Made by a program: the position numbers and the translations under genes. Under the pieces are notes generated by a model, which ran no database searches, was not told the origin of the DNA, and saw nothing but the letters and a program-made list of their open reading frames with translations. From sequence record SRR22947725_1903: 34,130 nucleotides of DNA; one strand, 5' to 3'. Positions within the stretch are counted from its first letter, which is position 1. Each line of letters starts with the position of its first letter. Below, one piece after another: positions 1 through 9,550 of the stretch.

Positions 1-194
1 TCAATTTTCAAAACTATTTAGTAATTAAATTTTTTAAACACGACACCCTTAAAAAATAGATAAAAAAAGAAATAGAACATGTTTCATTTCAATAAAATCA
101 GACATATATAAATATTTAAACTTCATAATCAATATGTAAAAAATTCTTCAAAAAATAATTTCTTACTGAGTCTGTAGTAAGTATTGACTTGTTT

Positions 195-220
195 AAAAAA
201 GCTGCCCTATAAAGGAGCAA
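195..220 (-). terminator. Possible intrinsic terminator downstream of the YceI gene
   Basis: Minus strand reads TTGCTCCT-TTAT-AGGGCAGC-TTTTTT: an imperfect GC stem then a T tract, just after the stop at 227. Confidence 0.45.
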
Positions 221-226
221 GAAGTC

Positions 227-775
227 TCAGTAAGCAAAGCTTACGCGAAGATCTAATTCGTCATATATAAGTCTATTGCCAAGGTTCGCAAAAAAGCTGC
301 CTGAAGCAAATTTAATATTGTATTTAGATCGATCTATTTTTAAATCTGCAGTGGCCTTGTTGTCCTCTATTTGCAGCATAAATATTTCGCTATTGGTAAT
401 TCCGCGAATGGTAAAGTCACCTGTTACTTCATAACCACCATCTGTCGCAGTAATTGAAGTAAACGTCAAGTTGGCTTCTGGATGTTTGGCAACAGCAAAA
501 AAGTTATCGGACTTTAGGTTCCTTACCAATCTAGCTGCATCTTTTTCCGATAAATCAGTACATAAAATTGAGTTCATATCAACAGTGAAGTTTCCGCCCA
601 CAAGAACATCGTTTTTAAAAGTCAGGCTTCCAGAGCTTATGTTAAGGGTTCCTTCGTGGTACTCATATGATTTAGAGCCCTTCCAATGGATTACTGCTTC
701 TGAAACATTTAGAGTTTGCGCGCTTAAGGAACTCAGTAAAAGTAAACTTGCCATTACGGCCATTAGGTTTTCCAT
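227..775 (-). CDS. YceI family (polyisoprenoid/lipid-binding) secreted protein
   Basis: Signal peptide; motifs I.WKGSK, H.GT, GG.F.VDM.S, LKS.NFF...HP.A, G.FTIRG.T, IDR..Y.I. ATG at 775 preferred over the ORF-track TTG at 781. Confidence 0.9.
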   Translation of the reverse strand: MENLMAVMASLLLLSSLSAQTLNVSEAVIHWKGSKSYEYHEGTLNISSGSLTFKNDVLVGGNFTVDMNSILCTDLSEKDAARLVRNLKSDNFFAVAKHPEANLTFTSITATDGGYEVTGDFTIRGITNSEIFMLQIEDNKATADLKIDRSKYNIKFASGSFFANLGNRLIYDELDLRVSFAY

Positions 776-861
776 TTTCAAATTATTAAAAGATTAATAT
801 TTATTGATAGTTCCAATTAAATTCTTGAAATTAAATTATACAAAATTGTGTAGAATATTTT

Positions 862-928
862 TAAAAATATCAAATCCAAAAGAGTCAACCATTCTTATGA
901 TTACCCAAAATAGATTATAATTTAACTT
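862..928 (-). promoter_or_regulatory. YceI-gene promoter: tandem activator boxes plus -7 box
   Basis: AAGTTAA (928-922) and TGGGTAA (907-901) are 21 nt apart; -7-like TATTTTTA at 869-862 (offset 42). Confidence 0.6.
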
Positions 929-942
929 GTTTATTGTTCATC

Positions 943-1008
943 ATGGTAATTTAATATATCATTTAGGTACTCTTTAATTATAAAATCATTTATAAGTAGA
1001 TTATTTTC
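943..1008 (+). promoter_or_regulatory. DUF5916-gene promoter: tandem activator boxes plus -7-like box
   Basis: ATGGTAA (943) and TAGGTAC (964) are 21 nt apart; TTATTTTC at 1001-1008 (offset 41). Confidence 0.5.
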
Positions 1009-1047
1009 GCTTTTTATACTATTAAATCACAATATGATTTTTTTAAG

Positions 1048-3507
1048 ATGTTATGTAGAATTACAATAATTTTTTTCTTTTTTCATGTTACTCTAGCTTC
1101 TCAAGAACGCAAGAGCTTAGTAGCATCTCCTGTAAAAAACGCCCCCGTTATTGATGGAATCCTTTCAGAAGAAATCTGGAACGATTTAAATCCTTCTACA
1201 GACTTTACATTAATATGGCCTGAAACAAGTCAAGGTAAGAATTTACCTGAAGAATATGAGACTACTGCTTATGTAGGATACGATCAAGATGCTATTTATG
1301 TTGGGGCTATGCTTAACCACCCAAATCCCGACAAGATGCCCAAACAGTTTAGTCAGCGTGATGATATCTGGGATGTAAATGCGGAAACTTTTTTTGTGAC
1401 CTTCAACACATACAATGATGATTTGAACTTTTTTGGGTTTCAAATCACCAGTGCGGGTACAGTTGGTGATGTGTATTCTTCAGGACCTATAGCGTCAGAT
1501 GATTTTTTATATGATACTGTTTTTGATGCCAAAGTACACATCAGTTCAGATGGTTGGAGTGTAGAAATGGCAATCCCTTACAGTGCACTTCGATTTCCAA
1601 AAAAAGAGGTACAATTATGGGGCTTGAACTTTGGTAGAAAAATTCAAAGTTTGGATGAAACCTACGTTTGGAGTCCTGTTAATGTCAATGAGTTAAAATA
1701 TCATGAGTCTAATGGGACGCTCACTGGAATAGAGAATATCAGTCCCCCTGTACGGCTGTTTTTTTATCCCTATGTACAGTCATCCATTAACCTACAAAAA
1801 GGGGCAAGCCCTGCATCTTCTTATACAGCGGGTATGGATGTAAAATACGGGATAAGTAGCAGTTTTACATTAGACGCATCTCTGATTCCAGATTTTGGCC
1901 AAGTTGCCTTTGATAACGTAGAACTAAATCTGGGTCCATTTGAGCAACAGTTCTCTGAAAATAGAGCTTTTTTTACTGAAGGCGCTACCCTTTTTGAGAT
2001 TGCAGACGGGGATATGGGAGGTGGATCGTTTTTTTACAGTCGGAGGATTGGTGAAAAAGTATCAGTAAGAGATGATTTATTAGAGAATGATGAGCAGGTT
2101 TTTAATTTTGATGACACCCCACAACTATTAAACACGGTTAAGGTTACTGGAACAACAAGCAAAAATCTAAGCATAGGTTTCTTAAATGCCATTACTGACA
2201 AGGTTGATGCTGAAATCCAAAACTCATCTTCAAATCAAAGAAGAAAACAAACCATACAAACTTTAGTAAACTACAATGTAATTTCCTTATCTCAGCAACT
2301 GTTGAATGACTACTCATCGGTTAGTGTACTCAACACCAATAAAACTGGAAGTGATGGTTTGTATGGAAACAATATGGCATTTGTAGGAGACCTGTTTGAT
2401 GACAATAGAGATTTCAATATTAAAATGAAAGTTTTTGGTAGTAAAACACCAAAAAAAAACAGTGACAACGGATTTAGAGCGGGTATAAACCTAAGTGAGT
2501 TAAAAGGCAATTTTAGATACAACGTCAGTTGGTGGGGTGTTGATAAACATTACAAGCAGAATGAATTGGGATATTTTAATTTTATAGACCATCAAAGTTA
2601 TGCTGCAAGAATAAGTTATCAACTCCTTAATGAGTATGGCTTTCTAAGAAAGTATAGCAACTACTTAAGATTTAACGACACACATACCTTTCACTCTTTT
2701 GATAGAAAGTTTTGGGGCCTCAGATTTGGAAATGATTTCTCAACACAAAATTTAATGGTTTTTGAGGCTGATTTTGCCTACAACTCAATTACTAAAAATT
2801 TTGATGAGCCTAGAGTCTATAACCGCTTTGTTATTGAACCAGAAAATTTTCAAGTAAAACTGGGTGTGCAATCCAATAAAAACAAAGACTTTTCATATAA
2901 AATTCAATGGAATAATTTTTCTTATTTCGATGAAGATTATGATGAAAATTGGTCTCAAAAAAGACTTAATATTTCTACGCTTTATCGTTTTTCAGAACAA
3001 TTTTCACTCGCAATAAAGTCCAACCATCTTAGTTTTAAAGACGATGTTGGATATCTTAAAACAATAAATCAAGATATTTATTTTGGCAGAAGAGATATTC
3101 GATCTGTGGAAAACAACATTAACCTTAGCTACTTTTTTGATAGCAAGAAATGGATTAACTTAAGACTAAGAAACTATTGGAGTAGAGCCAATTACGATCA
3201 CACTTTGTTTCGACTAAAAGAAGGCGGAAGACGAACCGAAACAGACTTTTCAATTTTAGGTTTTGATCCAGACACAAATTTCAACATCTGGAACCTGGAC
3301 ATTAATTTTGAGTGGTGGTTTGCCCCTGGAAGTAATATGGTTTTGTTGTACCGAAACCAATTGTTCAGTAGGGACAACGCCACTGAACTGGATTATCTCA
3401 AAAGCTTAGGCAATCTTTTTGATCAAACCACGCAGCACCAATTTTCGCTACGAATAAACTACTTGATTGACTTTAATAGCCTGCGAAAGAAAAATAAATC
3501 ATCCTGA
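1048..3507 (+). CDS. DUF5916 domain protein with N-terminal CBM9-like domain (probable outer-membrane beta-barrel)
   Basis: Signal peptide; CBM9-like APVIDG.L.E..W and GWSVEMAIPYSALRF..WGLNF.R; DUF5916 hallmark LIPDFGQV..D...LNLGPFE....ENR.FF.EG..LF and FYSRRIG; amphipathic beta-strand C-terminus. Confidence 0.85.
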   Translation: MLCRITIIFFFFHVTLASQERKSLVASPVKNAPVIDGILSEEIWNDLNPSTDFTLIWPETSQGKNLPEEYETTAYVGYDQDAIYVGAMLNHPNPDKMPKQFSQRDDIWDVNAETFFVTFNTYNDDLNFFGFQITSAGTVGDVYSSGPIASDDFLYDTVFDAKVHISSDGWSVEMAIPYSALRFPKKEVQLWGLNFGRKIQSLDETYVWSPVNVNELKYHESNGTLTGIENISPPVRLFFYPYVQSSINLQKGASPASSYTAGMDVKYGISSSFTLDASLIPDFGQVAFDNVELNLGPFEQQFSENRAFFTEGATLFEIADGDMGGGSFFYSRRIGEKVSVRDDLLENDEQVFNFDDTPQLLNTVKVTGTTSKNLSIGFLNAITDKVDAEIQNSSSNQRRKQTIQTLVNYNVISLSQQLLNDYSSVSVLNTNKTGSDGLYGNNMAFVGDLFDDNRDFNIKMKVFGSKTPKKNSDNGFRAGINLSELKGNFRYNVSWWGVDKHYKQNELGYFNFIDHQSYAARISYQLLNEYGFLRKYSNYLRFNDTHTFHSFDRKFWGLRFGNDFSTQNLMVFEADFAYNSITKNFDEPRVYNRFVIEPENFQVKLGVQSNKNKDFSYKIQWNNFSYFDEDYDENWSQKRLNISTLYRFSEQFSLAIKSNHLSFKDDVGYLKTINQDIYFGRRDIRSVENNINLSYFFDSKKWINLRLRNYWSRANYDHTLFRLKEGGRRTETDFSILGFDPDTNFNIWNLDINFEWWFAPGSNMVLLYRNQLFSRDNATELDYLKSLGNLFDQTTQHQFSLRINYLIDFNSLRKKNKSS

Positions 3508-3544
3508 TTTTTTTATCTTTAGTATTACTCTCTTTCACAATAAC

Positions 3545-3609
3545 TCGATAAAATCTGTTCTAAAATGGCTAATTTTTGACTAGTTCTAGTAAGTAAATCA
3601 ATTACTTTA
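3545..3609 (+). promoter_or_regulatory. Sulfatase promoter: tandem activator boxes plus -7-like box
   Basis: TCGATAA (3545) and TGGCTAA (3566) are 21 nt apart; TTACTTTA at 3602-3609 (offset 40). Confidence 0.55.
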
Positions 3610-3684
3610 GTAAATTCCATCTTCTTCCTAATTTTAACTCACTTAAAAGTTCAGTAAAAACTAAGATTTTAAAAACCGTCTCAT

Positions 3685-5340
3685 ATGATTACTCGTTATC
3701 TTATATTTATTTTGGCAATCCTATGCTTTTCTAATCTTCAGGGGCAACCTTCCAAAAAACCAAATGTAGTGCTTATCATAATTGATGACTTAAACGATTT
3801 TCCTGAAGGTTTCTATGGACATCCACAGGCTAAAACGCCACACATGAAAGCTTTGGGAGTCTCTAGCACACGATTTAAACATGCCTATTCAAACAACCCT
3901 ATGTGCGGCCCCTCACGAGCGAGTATGTTTACGGGTGTATACCCACACAACGCATCTCATTTTTGGATGAAATCGTGGTTAGATAACGAAGTGCTGGCCA
4001 ACACCAAGACCATTATGGAAAAATTTAAAGATGATGGTTACCATGTAATTGGAAGTGGCAAAGTCCTTCATCACAACAAAGAGGATGTGTGGTCTGAATT
4101 TAAATACAAAGCAGATTACAGCCCCTTTGTTTACGCAGGCGATTATGACCGTAAGAAAAAGCCTATCTCTCATCCTGATGTACCCGCTCCTTTTAGAACC
4201 AATCGTATCGTTGATGGACTCAATATGGGGGGTGGTTTTATAGATGGTTCTTATGGCCCTATGAAAAACTTTGGGGAACAAACTTTCAATGGCGAACGGC
4301 TATGGTGGGTCTATGGCGGGTTTCGAAGTGGGAAAGAACTAAAATATCATAATGATAAAGACCGTGATTTAACGCCCGATGAATTAAATGCACAATGGGC
4401 TGAAAAGCGCCTCTTGGAGTTGGCTAAAGAAGACCAGGACGCTCCTTTTTTCTTGTCAGTTGGGTTTCTTCGTCCGCACACCCCGCTTATAGCCCCTCAA
4501 AAATATTTCGACATGTATCCTCTAGACAGCATTCAGTTGGCAGATATTTTACCCGGTGATAAAGAAGATACTTTTCTGCATTTGGTAGACCAGTTTGAAA
4601 CAAAAAATAGAAGAACCCGATCGGTTGAAATGTTTGAAAATCTGGTAGCCTCTTATAAAGATCCAAACGAAGGCTTAAAGCGTTTTACGCAAGCTTACTT
4701 GGCCTGTGTAACCGCTGTTGATGACAATGTAGGTCAAGTGATGCGTGCTATTAACAATACTTCGCTCAAAGACAATACGATTGTAATATTGACGAGTGAC
4801 CACGGTTGGACTATGGGAGAGAAAGATCACATTTACAAAAACTCATTATGGGAAGAAAGCACAAGAGTACCTCTAATTATTCGAGTTCCAGAAATGACTG
4901 TGCCAAATACGGTCGTTGAGCATCCTGTTTCTTTAATAGATGTATATCCTACTCTTTTGGAATTGGCAGGAATTGATCTAGAAACGCGAAAAAACAAAAA
5001 AGGGCATGGACTAGATGGGTATTCTCTTGCTCCTTTTTTAAAAAATCCAAATACAGATAATTGGCAAGGTCCAGAGGGGGCTTTGTCAGTAGTTTACAGT
5101 TCGGATTTAAATAAAAACATCCCAGAAAATCATCACTATTCAATACGCACAAAAGACTATCGCTACATCGTATACAACACTGGGCAAGAGGAGTTGTATG
5201 ATAAAAATTTAGATCCAAAAGAACGAAACAATCTAATTTTTGGTAAATCACATCCCAAGACAACAAATATGAGAGCTTTGATGAAAAATATTACTTACCC
5301 AATGGTGCCGCAAGGAATTACATTGATTGAAGACAACTAA
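3685..5340 (+). CDS. S1 (formylglycine) sulfatase, S1_7/S1_81-like
   Basis: Signal peptide; KPNV..IIIDDLND, catalytic CGPSRASMFTG, GFLRPHTP, TSDHGW..GEK...KNSLWEE. Subfamily is from recall. Confidence 0.92.
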   Translation: MITRYLIFILAILCFSNLQGQPSKKPNVVLIIIDDLNDFPEGFYGHPQAKTPHMKALGVSSTRFKHAYSNNPMCGPSRASMFTGVYPHNASHFWMKSWLDNEVLANTKTIMEKFKDDGYHVIGSGKVLHHNKEDVWSEFKYKADYSPFVYAGDYDRKKKPISHPDVPAPFRTNRIVDGLNMGGGFIDGSYGPMKNFGEQTFNGERLWWVYGGFRSGKELKYHNDKDRDLTPDELNAQWAEKRLLELAKEDQDAPFFLSVGFLRPHTPLIAPQKYFDMYPLDSIQLADILPGDKEDTFLHLVDQFETKNRRTRSVEMFENLVASYKDPNEGLKRFTQAYLACVTAVDDNVGQVMRAINNTSLKDNTIVILTSDHGWTMGEKDHIYKNSLWEESTRVPLIIRVPEMTVPNTVVEHPVSLIDVYPTLLELAGIDLETRKNKKGHGLDGYSLAPFLKNPNTDNWQGPEGALSVVYSSDLNKNIPENHHYSIRTKDYRYIVYNTGQEELYDKNLDPKERNNLIFGKSHPKTTNMRALMKNITYPMVPQGITLIEDN

Positions 5341-5390
5341 GTCTTTACTTTTTAATAGAGAAATACACTTCTATTTCTGCTTAAAAATTG

Positions 5391-5398
5391 TATTTTTA
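5391..5398 (+). promoter_or_regulatory. Candidate -7 box of the AraC gene
   Basis: TATTTTTA lies 15 nt upstream of the in-frame TTG at 5414; no tandem boxes upstream. Confidence 0.4.
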
Positions 5399-5413
5399 AA
5401 AAAAACAAATAAG

Positions 5414-6289
5414 TTGCAACTCAAGTATTCCATAACCGAAAACGAAGATCACCAGAGTTTTTTTGTTGAGCGAAAAACCATACCCTATTTCGGAGTAGAT
5501 TGGCACTATCATGAAGAATACGAATTGTTGTATCCTATCATCGGAACTGGGGTACGTATTGTTGGGGATTGCATGGAGTATTTTAATGAAAATGAATTGG
5601 TTCTTTTGGGAAGTCAGTTACCTCATTTGTTTAAAAATGAAGTGCATGATTCTTCAGAAGAGGTGGACTATATTGTTATCAAATTTAGCCCCTCTCTGAT
5701 CCATTCTTTCGTGGATCATTTACCCGAATTTTCCAATATTAAAACAATGCTTGAAAAGGCCCGAAGGGGTCTTATTTTTCAATCCATGGACAGCTATGTT
5801 CTACTGGATGACATCATTCGTATTTGTGAGTCTAGTGGTGCAAATCGTTTGATTCAATTGCTTAAAACACTGGATCGATTGTCTCGTATTGAAAACACAC
5901 GACATTTGGCATCAGAAAACTTTAATCCAGCCACAGGAAATATCGAAAAGGAGGATCGGCTTCAACGCATTATAAACTTTATATCTGAAAATTACGTTCG
6001 TGAAATCAGTCTTCAGGAGCTATCGGATTTGGCTTTTATGACAACCAATTCGTTCTGTCGGTTCTTTAAAGAACGAACGGGTAAAACAGCTTTTCAATTT
6101 ATACGAGAATATCGAATCAGTAGGGCATGTCAAATGATTATTAACAGTCGAAAATCTATTTCACAAATCTGTCATGACACGGGTTTTAACTCGTTTTCGA
6201 GTTTCAACCGAGTTTTTAAGGCTGTAAAGGGAATATCAGCCAGTGAATATAAGAGCAAATATCAAAGACTGAACAATATTTCCTCTTAG
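5414..6289 (+). CDS. AraC family transcriptional regulator (cupin sensor + double HTH), CgrA-like carrageenan regulator candidate
   Basis: WHYHEEYEL cupin; C-terminal SLQELS..AFMT..SFCRFFK..TG and ICHDTGFNSFSSFNRVFK..KG.S..EY. TTG at 5414 preferred over 5327, which overlaps the sulfatase. Stop overlaps the convergent permease stop by 4 nt. Confidence 0.9.
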   Translation: MQLKYSITENEDHQSFFVERKTIPYFGVDWHYHEEYELLYPIIGTGVRIVGDCMEYFNENELVLLGSQLPHLFKNEVHDSSEEVDYIVIKFSPSLIHSFVDHLPEFSNIKTMLEKARRGLIFQSMDSYVLLDDIIRICESSGANRLIQLLKTLDRLSRIENTRHLASENFNPATGNIEKEDRLQRIINFISENYVREISLQELSDLAFMTTNSFCRFFKERTGKTAFQFIREYRISRACQMIINSRKSISQICHDTGFNSFSSFNRVFKAVKGISASEYKSKYQRLNNISS

Positions 6290-7329
6290 CTCAAACTATT
6301 TGAGTAACCAAGAATCACAGAAGCCAAGATGAGAACCACCAAGCCAACGAGCAATACGTTAAACGGTTTTTTTGCCCCTTTCCACTCACCCGATCTATAT
6401 GCCCAAATGTTACTTACAATCAGTGATAACCCTAACAACATGGGCCAACCGACAATATTACCTAGGTTATTTTCTGAAGCACCGTTCATGAGTGCGGCAC
6501 CTTGGCCATATAGGCCCAATGCTGCAAACCAACACAAACCAGCAATAATAGACCACATATAGGCCTTTTTAGATCCTGCTACCGAAAAGTTGGACCAGCT
6601 ATTATTTTTGACAATTAGTACAAGGCTATACAAAGCATTCATAGCATAGGCCCCGATAAATACAATCAGCCAAGCAATCAAACTTGCATTGCGACCATTG
6701 ATTCCATAATTCTCCGCAATTAGTGTAACATCGTCGTTCACGTTTGTATGACCAACTGCCAACAGCGATGATAATGCACCACAAACAACTGCGATAATAA
6801 TGCCTTTTATAATATTACCGCCCGATAGAGATGATGTGCCTTGCATCTTGTCGCGATCTATACCTGCTTTTGCCGTCAATACCACACCAATAATGGTGAT
6901 ACCAAGCCCTGCTATTACATAAGGAAATTGAGGTAAGCTGGTTGCATTTGGGTTTTGAAGCAGTGGAATAAGTGCACCCAGCGTTCCAGCTATACCCATT
7001 ACAATACCCATAGTTAAAGACAAACCAATATAAGGCACACTAACACCAAACATAATACCGCCAATTCCCCAAAGAAAGCCAAACAATATGGCAATAGATG
7101 CAGCACGTTGAGCAACTGGATCTGCAAAAACGTCTTCAATTACCGGCATATAACCAGAAACGGATAAGCAAGTCCACAACAAAGGAAAAAGTACCATAGC
7201 AATAGACACATGAACCAACCACCAGTTTTCCCATTTCAGTGGTGACATATATTTCATACCAACACCAAATGATCCCTGAAAAAAACTAGCAACAATAATC
7301 AATAAAAAAGGTAATACAATAGATTCCAT
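6286..7329 (-). CDS. RhaT-family (DMT superfamily) sugar/proton symporter, probable 3,6-anhydro-D-galactose permease
   Basis: About 10 hydrophobic segments; QGSF...MK....KWENWW, FGFLWGIGGI.FG....IGLSL, GEWKGA. Last gene of the anhydrogalactose operon. Confidence 0.85.
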   Translation of the reverse strand: MESIVLPFLLIIVASFFQGSFGVGMKYMSPLKWENWWLVHVSIAMVLFPLLWTCLSVSGYMPVIEDVFADPVAQRAASIAILFGFLWGIGGIMFGVSVPYIGLSLTMGIVMGIAGTLGALIPLLQNPNATSLPQFPYVIAGLGITIIGVVLTAKAGIDRDKMQGTSSLSGGNIIKGIIIAVVCGALSSLLAVGHTNVNDDVTLIAENYGINGRNASLIAWLIVFIGAYAMNALYSLVLIVKNNSWSNFSVAGSKKAYMWSIIAGLCWFAALGLYGQGAALMNGASENNLGNIVGWPMLLGLSLIVSNIWAYRSGEWKGAKKPFNVLLVGLVVLILASVILGYSNSLS

Positions 7330-7341
7330 GTCTGTATAATT

Positions 7342-8106
7342 TTAGTTTTTAAGTTGTTTTGTTATTTCTTTATAAGCATTAAGGATTATACCAACGTCAA
7401 CTGAATAGGATATGTACTGAACACCGAGGTCACGCCATTTGTGCGCATCAGATGGACTTTCGCAAAAAGTACCTATAATTTTGTTGTTGGCTTTGGCAAG
7501 TGCAACCGCTTTTAGCATTTTTGAAACAACAAGTGGGTGGTGCACTTCTCCAGGAACACCACATGATTGTGACAAATCATAAGGTCCTAGAAAAATAACG
7601 TCAATCCCATTAATGCTGATGATTTCAGCTAAGTTTTCAATGCCTGCCAATCCTTCGATGTGCACTATGGTTAGTGTGTTTGATTCAGCTGAAGAAAAAT
7701 AGGTTTGTTTCTCTGTATTCGTATAATCCGCAGCTCTTACATACCTGCACATACCCCGTTCACCTTGTGGGTGAAAATAACAGGACTTGACTACTTCTTG
7801 GGCATCTTCTTTTGTACTCACTTGGGGTACCTGAATGGAATGTACACCTACATCAAGTACTCGCAATATATTTGCAGGGTTATTTTCGGTTACACGAACA
7901 ACAACCTCTAGGTTTTGGGCTTTAGCCGCACGACTGATATTTTGAACGCTTTCTACACTAAGTGGCCCGTGCTCCATATCTAAAATAACAAAGTCAAAGT
8001 TTGCCAGCGCGGCAATTTCCACTACGCTTGGGTCTTGAAGTTTACAAAAGGGGCCATATACAGTCTGACCGTCCAACAATTTCTGTTTGAGCTTGTTGAT
8101 TTCCAT
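7342..8106 (-). CDS. HpcH/HpaI family class II pyruvate aldolase (probable 2-keto-3-deoxy-galactonate aldolase)
   Basis: FDFVILDMEHG, VRV, LDVG..SI.VPQV, P.G.RG, IE...G..NL.EI....GID..FLGPYDLS.S.G.PG; start directly follows the dehydrogenase stop. Confidence 0.88.
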   Translation of the reverse strand: MEINKLKQKLLDGQTVYGPFCKLQDPSVVEIAALANFDFVILDMEHGPLSVESVQNISRAAKAQNLEVVVRVTENNPANILRVLDVGVHSIQVPQVSTKEDAQEVVKSCYFHPQGERGMCRYVRAADYTNTEKQTYFSSAESNTLTIVHIEGLAGIENLAEIISINGIDVIFLGPYDLSQSCGVPGEVHHPLVVSKMLKAVALAKANNKIIGTFCESPSDAHKWRDLGVQYISYSVDVGIILNAYKEITKQLKN

Positions 8107-8107
8107 C

Positions 8108-9544
8108 TTAAAGTGCTACTGAAACTCTCTTTTTAACTAAATAATCTTCTAAAGCTAAGTGAGAGCAATCATGCCCGATACCACTGTTTTTGATGCCACC
8201 ATGAGGCAAGTATATGGCATATTTTACCCCATTGACTTGAACCTCACCAAATGCGAGCTGCTCTGAAAAACGATGGATGCGATCGCTGTTGTTGGTGAAA
8301 ATATAAGAAGCCAACCCAAACTCAGTATCGTTCGCAAGCATTAATACTTCTTCGTCTGTTTCAAATGACATAAATGGGGCGATAGGACCAAAGGTTTCCT
8401 CCCTAAACAGGCGCATTTCTGTGGTCATTCCTGAAATTACGGTGGGCATCATCCAATTTCCATCTTTCATTCCTTCTGGAATTTCTCCTCCCGCTAACAG
8501 AACGCCTCCTTTTTCTTTGGCATCATTGATCAAATCAAACATGCGATCTCTGTCATTTCTTGTGACCATAGGTCCCATGTCAGGTTTTTGGTCTATACCA
8601 AAACCAAGCTTAAGACTTTTAACGCGTTCAACATATTTTTCTAAAAACGAATTATAAAAGCTCTTGTGCACAAAAAATCTGTTGGCAGCAACGCAAATCT
8701 GACCACTATTACCAAATTTTATTCCGATTGCCAAATCGAGTGCTTTGTCAATATCTGCATCTTCAAATACAATAAATGGCGCATTACCGCCAAGTTCCAT
8801 ACTGAGTTTTTTGATAGATGTAGCACTGTCTGCGATCACACGTTGACCAGTAGCCGTCGACCCTATCATGGTCAAGACAGAGGGTATTTTACTTTTGCTA
8901 AGCGTAGTTGCAACTTCGCTAGTAGGCCCAGACAAAATATTGACCACACCAGCTGGAAAATCAATATCATGTATGATTTCACCTAAAATATAAGCTGAAA
9001 GTGGCGACAATGCAGAGGGTTTAATGATAATTGAGCATCCAGAAGCCAAGGCGGGGCCTAGTTTAAAACCCACATTGAGGAGCGGAAAATTCCAAGCCAA
9101 ATATGCGACTGCTACCCCAGCGGGTTGTTGAATCATTTTGTGGGTATGGGTATTTTCGTAATCTGGGATTTGCTCATCACGTAAATTTTTCATGGCGTTA
9201 GGATACCACTCTAAAGCATTAACTACCGCTTCAATGTCCTCCCAAGCAGCGTCATAGGTTTTGCCCATTTCATAAACAATGGCGGATCTAAGCAAGTGTT
9301 CGTTTTCAAGAACGGCTTCTCTGAGCTTTAACATCCATTGGGTACGTTCTGACAAAGAGCATTTTGACCAAAACTCGAATCCTTTTTGGGCAGCTTCTAG
9401 TGCCTTTTCAGCATCCGCTTTCCCTGCTTCTGCAATTTGAGCTATGGGTTTGCCGTCAGCTGGGCAAATAACATCCGACCTGGTTTTGGATACACTATCT
9501 ACCAACGCCCCGCCGATATACATTTTATGATAACCGAAATCCAT
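8108..9544 (-). CDS. dauA: NAD(P)-dependent aldehyde dehydrogenase, 3,6-anhydro-D-galactose dehydrogenase-like
   Basis: ALDH motifs AWNFP, IKPS, GST.TG, MELGGNAP (catalytic Glu), GQICVA (catalytic Cys), EETFGP. Sequence and context resemble flavobacterial DauA (recall). Confidence 0.8.
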   Translation of the reverse strand: MDFGYHKMYIGGALVDSVSKTRSDVICPADGKPIAQIAEAGKADAEKALEAAQKGFEFWSKCSLSERTQWMLKLREAVLENEHLLRSAIVYEMGKTYDAAWEDIEAVVNALEWYPNAMKNLRDEQIPDYENTHTHKMIQQPAGVAVAYLAWNFPLLNVGFKLGPALASGCSIIIKPSALSPLSAYILGEIIHDIDFPAGVVNILSGPTSEVATTLSKSKIPSVLTMIGSTATGQRVIADSATSIKKLSMELGGNAPFIVFEDADIDKALDLAIGIKFGNSGQICVAANRFFVHKSFYNSFLEKYVERVKSLKLGFGIDQKPDMGPMVTRNDRDRMFDLINDAKEKGGVLLAGGEIPEGMKDGNWMMPTVISGMTTEMRLFREETFGPIAPFMSFETDEEVLMLANDTEFGLASYIFTNNSDRIHRFSEQLAFGEVQVNGVKYAIYLPHGGIKNSGIGHDCSHLALEDYLVKKRVSVAL

Positions 9545-9550
9545 ATTTTT

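Noticed and set aside
1-194. AT-rich leader searched for ncRNA, repeats or regulon boxes
   Set aside because: No convincing structure; TTACTGA/TTGACTT are 21 nt apart but mismatch the consensus and have no -7 box at the expected spacing.
5327-5413. ORF-track N-terminal extension of the AraC gene
   Set aside because: It overlaps the sulfatase, is low-complexity and contains the candidate -7 box; TTG at 5414 gives a typical length.
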